Shown: positions 7,630-13,302 of the stretch, piece after piece
Numbering within the stretch: position 1 is the first letter of the stretch
Layout of the letters: every line of letters begins with the position of its first letter
Assembly (NCBI GenBank): GCA_048938025.1
Contig: JBHLMP010000070.1
Location: 1-13,302 of the forward strand
Direction: 5' to 3'
Length of the DNA stretch: 13,302 nt
DNA from: Promethearchaeota archaeon
GTDB lineage: Archaea > Asgardarchaeota > Lokiarchaeia > Sigyniarchaeales > SOKP01
Translations under genes and position numbers: made by a program
Notes under the pieces: generated by a model
The model's input: only the letters and a program-made list of their open reading frames with translations
What the model was told of the DNA's origin: nothing
Database searches by the model: none

Positions 7630-9561
7630 TTAAATTTGTGTAATTTTTACCGTATGGATTCCATCTTCTTTAATAGTTATAGATACTAATTGATTTTCTT
7701 TATCTTTTTCTATTTCACCCTCAGAAATACTTATATCATAACCGTTCGGATATTGAATTCTTGGAACAAAAAGAATTGTTGAAGCTTTTATAGAAGTATC
7801 GCCATCAAACTTAAAATAAAAGCATCCCTCCTTTATATCAAATTCCATTTTTAATGGAATTCCTGTACATCGAATGAAACGTGGGCGGCAGAAGCCCTTA
7901 ATTGCTCTTCCACCACTATTTATATCATCTGGATCAACTTGTTGATCTTTACTAAAAATTGATAAATCTTCCAAATTCCACAAATCTCCCCATTCGTTAA
8001 TATTATCTGCAGTATAATTCCATTGTAATGCATGTAATAGATTAGCATCTAATGCATTATAATAATTGTTTAGTGCTTTTGTATGTGTTTTCCAAGCTTC
8101 ATCTGGTTCAGTTTTTAACTTCTCATAAGCTTCTTTTTTATTTAAATCATAAGGCAGTCCAAATTCTCCGATTATTGTTGGAATTCCTCCAAAAAAAGAA
8201 GTAGAGTAATTTTTAATATTTAATAACTGTGTGATAAACATTTGTTGTACATTTTTTTTACCAATGACTGGATTTCCTGTAATAAGATTATAATTAGCTT
8301 TAAGCATTGCTCTTTTCGTACCAGTCGTAGCTACATCGTACCAGTGGGCAGCATGTACGCTATTAGGTGGTATTTCTAATTCTAATGACTCTCCTTTCAT
8401 CACACTTTCCATAGGTCCTGTAAAAAATATTATTGCTTTTGAAAATTCACTTCGGATAGCTTCAGTATAGGTGTTTAGGAAAGGAGACAAATAATCTCTA
8501 TAAAAATCAATTTTTGCTCCATTTTTATAAATGAAATAGTCGTTTTTCAAAATCTTTGGATTTCCGTCCTTATCTAATCCCCATACACCTTCTTTTTTCC
8601 AGATATCTTCAAATCCTTCTAACCAACATGATATTTTCACCTGATTTAGCTCTTCTTTTCTAGTTTCTTTAATACCAAATCTCTTAACTTCTTGATATCC
8701 AATAGTTCTATTATATCCTGCTCCAGTAAGCATAGCATCAATTGGTGTAAAAACATACCCCAATACTTCAGATTTTCCTTCCCATTCACTTCCATCTACA
8801 AATCTGCCAATCCAACCTTCAGATGGTTCATTTAGTATATCAAATCCTAATATATATGGATTATCTTTTATTCTTATGGCTATTTGCTTTATTGTATCAA
8901 TAAAATGGTTTTGTAAGTAATCCTGAGCGTTAATTCCATCAACCATACATGAAGGAGCAAATTGCTTTCCCCCAAAGAATAAAGTCCACATCATTCCATT
9001 CGCAAATCTATAAGTATTCCCCATCCAATGCATTGGAAGATATTTTGTAAGGTCATCAGGGTCATATCTGTGTTGCATTACAAATGCTGCCTCTGAGTTT
9101 TCAAATTTAGTATAATCTAAACCAACTTTTTCAAATGTCCAACAAGGGGCTCCATCTCCTCCTGTCATCCTACTCCAAACATCTTGATGAGGATCTATAA
9201 ATATATAAAAACCATATTCTCCAGCAATCTTTAAAATTTCTTCTAAATAATCAAGATATTCTTTATCATATTTTTTTGGTCCACTATGTTCAATTGCTTC
9301 CCAAGTAACTAAAAATCTAAGACAATTAAAGCCCCAGTGTTTTAATCGTGAAAAATGTTCATCGGCATCTTTTAAAGGGAATGGACGGCCAACAAAAGAA
9401 ACATTTTTGTGATCTCTAAAATCAGTTTTTATGTGTGTTGCCCCATTGGGAGAAAATGGGATTTTTGAGCTTCCTCCCAAATTTACACCTCTAAGTAGAA
9501 CTGTTCGACCTTTTTCATCAACAAATCGCTCATTATAAATTCTCAATGTCATTTCTATCAA
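7630..9561 (-). CDS. Glycoside hydrolase family 5, endoglycoceramidase-related (GH5_12-like glucosylceramidase/steryl-beta-glucosidase)
   Basis: LRGVNLGGSSKIP, SFVGRPFPL, WEAIEH, DPHQDVWSR..GGDGAP, acid/base NEP, nucleophile IGEFG, WNYTADN...WNLEDLS and a GH5_C-like tail. No signal peptide is evident. Confidence 0.88.
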   Translation of the reverse strand: MIEMTLRIYNERFVDEKGRTVLLRGVNLGGSSKIPFSPNGATHIKTDFRDHKNVSFVGRPFPLKDADEHFSRLKHWGFNCLRFLVTWEAIEHSGPKKYDKEYLDYLEEILKIAGEYGFYIFIDPHQDVWSRMTGGDGAPCWTFEKVGLDYTKFENSEAAFVMQHRYDPDDLTKYLPMHWMGNTYRFANGMMWTLFFGGKQFAPSCMVDGINAQDYLQNHFIDTIKQIAIRIKDNPYILGFDILNEPSEGWIGRFVDGSEWEGKSEVLGYVFTPIDAMLTGAGYNRTIGYQEVKRFGIKETRKEELNQVKISCWLEGFEDIWKKEGVWGLDKDGNPKILKNDYFIYKNGAKIDFYRDYLSPFLNTYTEAIRSEFSKAIIFFTGPMESVMKGESLELEIPPNSVHAAHWYDVATTGTKRAMLKANYNLITGNPVIGKKNVQQMFITQLLNIKNYSTSFFGGIPTIIGEFGLPYDLNKKEAYEKLKTEPDEAWKTHTKALNNYYNALDANLLHALQWNYTADNINEWGDLWNLEDLSIFSKDQQVDPDDINSGGRAIKGFCRPRFIRCTGIPLKMEFDIKEGCFYFKFDGDTSIKASTILFVPRIQYPNGYDISISEGEIEKDKENQLVSITIKEDGIHTVKITQI

Positions 9562-9694
9562 ATTACTATTAATTCTATTTAAGAGTTATTATCAGTAAAT
9601 TACTCTCTTTCCATTAAAGTTTTATGAAATAAAAATCAAATTTTATTTAATTTTTATAATTTTTATCCACATCTATTCTAAATTTAATCTAACA

Positions 9695-10456
9695 ATGATA
9701 AAAAAAATGAAACTAAAAGGAAAGGTTGCTATAATAACGGGAGCTGGAGCGGGTATTGGTGAAGCAACTGCTCTTCTTTTTGCCAAGGAAGGTGCAAAAA
9801 TTTGTTGCAATTCATTAACCGAGTCAGCTAAGAATGTCGTAGGAAAAATTAAATCCTCGGGAGAAGATGCAATATTTGTTCAAGCAGACATTTCAGTGGA
9901 AGAGGAAGCGAATCGTATAATTGAAAAAACCATAGAATTTTATGGTAAAATTGATATTTTGTTTAATAATGCAGGAATTGTACTTGGTGGAGCAATTGAT
10001 ACAATATCTACAGAAGACTGGGATAAAACTATGGCTGTCAATGTACGTGGTATATATTTGGTAACGAAATACGCGATTCCTTATCTACGAAAAACGCGAG
10101 GTGTAATTATAAATAATTCTTCTTCAGTTGCATTTAAAGGTGTAAAAGATAGAGCTGCATACACAGCGTCAAAAGGAGCAGTTCTATCAATGACCAGAGC
10201 TATGGCTGCAGATTATCTTGAAGATAAAATCAGAGTAAATGCAATATGTCCTGGAACTACAGATACACCATCATTGACAGAAAGGATTAAAAGTAGGGGA
10301 GGAAATTTTAAAGAAGTAAGGCAACAGTATATCAGTCGCCAGAGATTAGGAAGGCTTGGGATGCCCGAAGAAATAGCAGAAGGAGTACTATTTCTTACTG
10401 TGAATGAATTCTGTACCGGTGTAAGTCTCTTAGTTGATGGAGGTATGACAATGTAA
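9695..10456 (+). CDS. Short-chain dehydrogenase/reductase, similar to 2-keto-3-deoxy-L-fuconate dehydrogenase/BDH2-type enzymes
   Basis: TGAGAGIG, NNAG, YTASK, CPGTTDTPSL..RI and RQRLGRLG.PEEIA. The family call is solid; the substrate is inferred. Confidence 0.88.
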   Translation: MIKKMKLKGKVAIITGAGAGIGEATALLFAKEGAKICCNSLTESAKNVVGKIKSSGEDAIFVQADISVEEEANRIIEKTIEFYGKIDILFNNAGIVLGGAIDTISTEDWDKTMAVNVRGIYLVTKYAIPYLRKTRGVIINNSSSVAFKGVKDRAAYTASKGAVLSMTRAMAADYLEDKIRVNAICPGTTDTPSLTERIKSRGGNFKEVRQQYISRQRLGRLGMPEEIAEGVLFLTVNEFCTGVSLLVDGGMTM

Positions 10457-10499
10457 TAATTAAATAAGTAAATTTATTTTGAAATCGGGAGTGATAAAT

Positions 10500-10559
10500 A
10501 TGGTTAAACACATAGGGATTGTTGCTTGCAACGCAACAATTAAAAAGGCTATCGAATAA
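10500..10559 (+). pseudogene. 19-aa mini-ORF with a strong SD; possible internally deleted Asp/Glu racemase relic
   Basis: GGGAGTGA-taaat-ATG then MVKHIGIVACNATIKKAIE*. MxxHIGIVAC resembles the N-terminus of one aspartate racemase subgroup (from recall). Confidence 0.45.
10518..10540. terminator. Inverted repeat between the convergent SDR genes
   Basis: attgttgc-N7-gcaacaat forms a perfect 8-bp stem. A-runs at 10558-10572 give T-tracts on the minus strand. Confidence 0.35.
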
Positions 10560-10577
10560 AAAATAAAAAAAAGATTA

Positions 10578-11354
10578 TTATTGAGTTGTCCAACCACCAT
10601 CAATTCTTAGATCCGCACCCGTTATGTAGGAAGATTCATCCGTCGCTAAATAGAGTATACCCGTAGCTATTTCTTCTGGTGTTGCCCAACGTCCCATTAC
10701 ACCTTCTTGTTCAAATTCTTTTTTAACTTCTTCATATGTTACCCCTCTATCTCTCGCTTGTTTCGCAACATCACTTTGTAGCATTGGTGTGTCTGTAGCA
10801 CCAGGACTTACACTATTCACCCGAACATTATAAGGTGCCAAATCTAACGCTAAGGCTCTTGTATAACCTAGCACACCTGCTTTTGTGGAACAATAATTAG
10901 CATGGGCAACTTGACCAATATGAGCCGCTACAGAAGCTAATGTAATTATAGACCCTGATTTTTGCTTTTTAAAATATGGTACAGCATATTTACATGTATA
11001 ATGAGTTCCTTTTAGATTAACGTCAATCAATAAATCATAATCTTCATCTGGAAAAGTTTCTATTGGTCCAACTCGTACCACTCCTGCATTTACAATTAAA
11101 ACATCAATTCTTCCATATTTTTCAATAGTTGAATCGATCATATTCTTAACTTCGTCTGGATTCCTTACATCTACTTTCATGATAGTGGTTTTATCTTTTC
11201 TATCTTTAATCAATTCAAGAGTTTCTTTTAAACCTTCTTCACTTATATCTGAGAGGATTTGAATTGCACCTTCTTTCGCGAATAAGATTGCGGTAGATCT
11301 TCCAATTCCGGAAGCAGCTCCAGTTAATACAACAATTTTATCTTTAACTCTCAA
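10578..11354 (-). CDS. Short-chain dehydrogenase/reductase (classical, likely NAD-preferring)
   Basis: TGAASGIG, Asp after beta-2 (ILSD), VNAG, YCSTK, PGATDT, IDGG; TTG start after GGGAG. Confidence 0.92.
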   Translation of the reverse strand: MRVKDKIVVLTGAASGIGRSTAILFAKEGAIQILSDISEEGLKETLELIKDRKDKTTIMKVDVRNPDEVKNMIDSTIEKYGRIDVLIVNAGVVRVGPIETFPDEDYDLLIDVNLKGTHYTCKYAVPYFKKQKSGSIITLASVAAHIGQVAHANYCSTKAGVLGYTRALALDLAPYNVRVNSVSPGATDTPMLQSDVAKQARDRGVTYEEVKKEFEQEGVMGRWATPEEIATGILYLATDESSYITGADLRIDGGWTTQ

Positions 11355-11449
11355 TCTAACTCCCTTTTTTATAAAATGTTAAAATTTTATATATTTCTTA
11401 TCTAATAAATGATCCGATATAAACAGGTTTCATAAAAAAAATTTTATTC

Positions 11450-11554
11450 TTAGACATAATCATAATATTCCTCAGTGATTTCTGGATCATCTAACTTTTT
11501 ATGAATGTCCAAAGCCCTGCGAAGAAAATTTTTGGCGATGTTGTCCTTATCCAA
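11450..11554 (-). pseudogene. 34-aa ORF overlapping the eda stop; possible truncated gene
   Basis: TTG at 11554 gives MDKDNIAKNFLRRALDIHKKLDDPEITEEYYDYV*. It shares AL..x.LDDPEI..E with the N-terminus of the SCP2 protein at 4693. Confidence 0.35.
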
Positions 11555-12182
11555 TTTCTGAATGAATTAATGAGATAGCCGTTTTAGTTAATTTTTTAAT
11601 CTCCTCAAATTGTCCAGTAGATATCAAATCTTTTTTTACTATCCAACTTCCTCCACACGCAAGAACATTACTTAGTTTCAAATAATCAATTAAAGAATCA
11701 ATATTTATTCCACCAGTTGGTACAAATCTCATTTCTGGATATGGCCCTGCCAAAATTTTAAGCATCATAATTCCTCCAGAAAGATTAGCTGGGAAAAATT
11801 TAACGATTTTTAAACCTTTATCAAGCGCCCATTCCACTATTGTAGGTGTATTAACACCGGGAATAATAGGAATTTTGTTATTTACACAATAATCAACAAT
11901 TTTTGGGTTAAATCCTGGTGTAACAATAAATTTTGCTCCTGTTTTTATAGCATCCTTCACCTGATCAACTTTTAGAACTGTACCCGCTCCTACTAATATA
12001 TCTGGTAATTCAATAGTTAATCTCTTAATAGATTCTGCCGCAGCTTCAGTTCTATATGTTACTTCAATAATGGGAAGTCCTGCTTCAATTAATGTTTTCC
12101 CTAAAGGAACTGCATCATCCGCGTTATTTATAACTGCAACAGGTATAAGTTTTAATTCTTTTATTCTTTTATATACATCCAT
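11547..12182 (-). CDS. eda: KDPG/KHG aldolase
   Basis: IEVTYRT, VGAGTV, FIVTPG, VKFFPA (Schiff-base Lys), PTGGI and ACGGSW motifs. Confidence 0.95.
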   Translation of the reverse strand: MDVYKRIKELKLIPVAVINNADDAVPLGKTLIEAGLPIIEVTYRTEAAAESIKRLTIELPDILVGAGTVLKVDQVKDAIKTGAKFIVTPGFNPKIVDYCVNNKIPIIPGVNTPTIVEWALDKGLKIVKFFPANLSGGIMMLKILAGPYPEMRFVPTGGINIDSLIDYLKLSNVLACGGSWIVKKDLISTGQFEEIKKLTKTAISLIHSEIG

Positions 12183-12191
12183 TTATTGACC

Positions 12192-12345
12192 ATACCTCCT
12201 TAAGCATAAAATTTATTAAATTTTTTTAAGCTTTCCTTAGTTATTAAAAATATTTCTTGATCTGGGATTAATTTCGCTAGCTTTATTGTCAATGATAGTC
12301 CGGAGATTCAACTCCAATTATTAGAATATCAGTTTTAATTTTCAA
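12192..12345 (-). pseudogene. nadB: nadB 5' fragment (~51 codons), frameshifted and nonsense-mutated
   Basis: TTG at 12345 reads MKIKTDILIIG, then a 1-nt deletion near 12310. The original frame continues ISGLSLTIKLAKLIPDQEIFLITKESLKKFNKFYA*GG, with CAA changed to TAA at 12199-12201. Confidence 0.92.
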
Positions 12346-12503
12346 AGAATTCCAATAGTCCTCAATCATTTTTGTAAATTTATTTTTTCATATTAATATT
12401 TAAATTAATATCCTAAATATAAATGACAATTAATAATTTTTTCTTAAAGTGATTAATTAAATAAGTATTATCCTTTTTAGACATTAACGATATCTTTTTT
12501 AAT
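12192..12503. repeat. Right copy of the nadB 5'/upstream direct repeat
   Basis: About 86% identical to 121-280. The upstream blocks 12405-12453 and 12489-12503 match 316-363 and 361-373, separated by insertions. Confidence 0.9.
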
Positions 12504-12588
12504 ATTTCTGCTTTTTATTGAATAAGGTATTTGTATTAAAAAACACATTTATTTCTAAAATAAACGGAAATGCTAAGTAAAATAAATT

Positions 12589-13113
12589 TTGATGAGGATT
12601 AAATTGACAAAAATCCATAATGTGCTTTTTTTATGTTCTGGAAACACTTGCAGGTCACCCTTTGCTGAATATTTTGCAAAATGGTTAAAAGAAACTAAAT
12701 ATAAAGGTGAACTGAAAGGAATTCATTTTGATTCTGCTGGTCTTTATCATTATTATGAGAAACCTCAAGCGGGAACATTGAAATATCTTAATTCAAAAGG
12801 AATTAATATAAGCGATTTTAAGGCGAAAGATGTTGAGAAAGATTTAATTGAAAACCAAGACCTCATATTAGGATTTGAAAGAAAATGGCATATTAACAAA
12901 TTCAAAAGAAAATTTAAGAACATTGAGAATTTGGATAAGAAAGTTTTTCTTTTAATGGAATTTGTTGGTGAAACTGAAAATTTAGAAATTAAAGACCCTT
13001 TTTACTTGGATGAGTTAGAATATAATAAAGTTTTGCAAAGAATAGAAATAGCTGTTATCAAAACAATAGAGAAAATTCTAAAAATAAATCATTCAGAAAA
13101 AGAAAAAGAATGA
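12589..13113 (+). CDS. Low-molecular-weight protein-tyrosine phosphatase / ArsC-fold protein
   Basis: P-loop VLFLCSGNTCRSPFAE, DSAG and general-acid IKDPF. The exact start is uncertain (12589, 12592 or 12604). Confidence 0.9.
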   Translation: MMRIKLTKIHNVLFLCSGNTCRSPFAEYFAKWLKETKYKGELKGIHFDSAGLYHYYEKPQAGTLKYLNSKGINISDFKAKDVEKDLIENQDLILGFERKWHINKFKRKFKNIENLDKKVFLLMEFVGETENLEIKDPFYLDELEYNKVLQRIEIAVIKTIEKILKINHSEKEKE

Positions 13114-13120
13114 TATGATT

Positions 13121-13302
13121 CTATTCCGTAAGAAATGCATATTTTTGAGTAAAATTTTTCTTGATTAAATATTTGGTTGATTCGAAAGGTGTCATATTGC
13201 CCACAAATTCTTTAAGATCTTCATAAAACTTATCTTCAAAATCCTTTGAAAAATTATCGAGTTTACGAGTTAAAACAGGCAGATCCATTGATGAAATTAA
13301 AG
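13121..13302 (-). CDS. 3' end of a hypothetical protein entering from the right edge
   Basis: Open 59-codon frame LISSMDLPVLTRKLDNFSKDFEDKFYEDLKEFVGNMTPFESTKYLIKKNFTQKYAFLTE*, with the TAG at 13121-13123 converging on the phosphatase. Confidence 0.65.
   Translation of the reverse strand, partial: LISSMDLPVLTRKLDNFSKDFEDKFYEDLKEFVGNMTPFESTKYLIKKNFTQKYAFLTE

Larger units (their letters stand above)
374..12191. mobile_element. Putative catabolic genomic island inserted at the nadB 5' end; no integrase or transposase visible
   Basis: Bounded by the nadB-derived direct repeats, with accessory catabolic cargo and several gene relics inside. The island interpretation is inference. Confidence 0.6.

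Noticed and set aside
12191-12193. ATG immediately after AGGAGGT as an alternative eda start
   Set aside because: Out of frame with eda and has zero spacing from the SD.
1-13302. CRISPR array, tRNA/rRNA, integrase/transposase, IS terminal repeats
   Set aside because: No regularly spaced repeats, cloverleaf-like or GC-rich structured segments, or recombinase motifs were seen by eye.

Overview
AT-rich prokaryotic window, probably archaeal and Lokiarchaeia/Promethearchaeota-like (inferred only from the low GC, frequent TTG/GTG starts, TATA-like elements and protein style). An ~11.8 kb catabolic cluster encodes KDG kinase, a BKACE/DUF849 enzyme, a DMT-type membrane protein, a PIG-L deacetylase, SCP2, an atypical M24 hydrolase, a Gfo/Idh/MocA oxidoreductase, a GH5 glycolipid glucosidase-like enzyme, two SDRs and KDPG aldolase. 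The cluster sits between two diverged direct copies of the 5' end and upstream region of nadB. The left copy (121-~373) belongs to an open nadB reading off the window edge. The right copy (12192-~12503) is frameshifted and ends in a perfect AGGAGGT just upstream of eda. This looks like an integrase-less island inserted at the nadB 5' end, possibly for glycolipid/amino-sugar breakdown feeding Entner-Doudoroff. Several intergenic spacers hold small gene relics missed by the ORF track. An LMW phosphatase and a partial convergent gene lie to the right.
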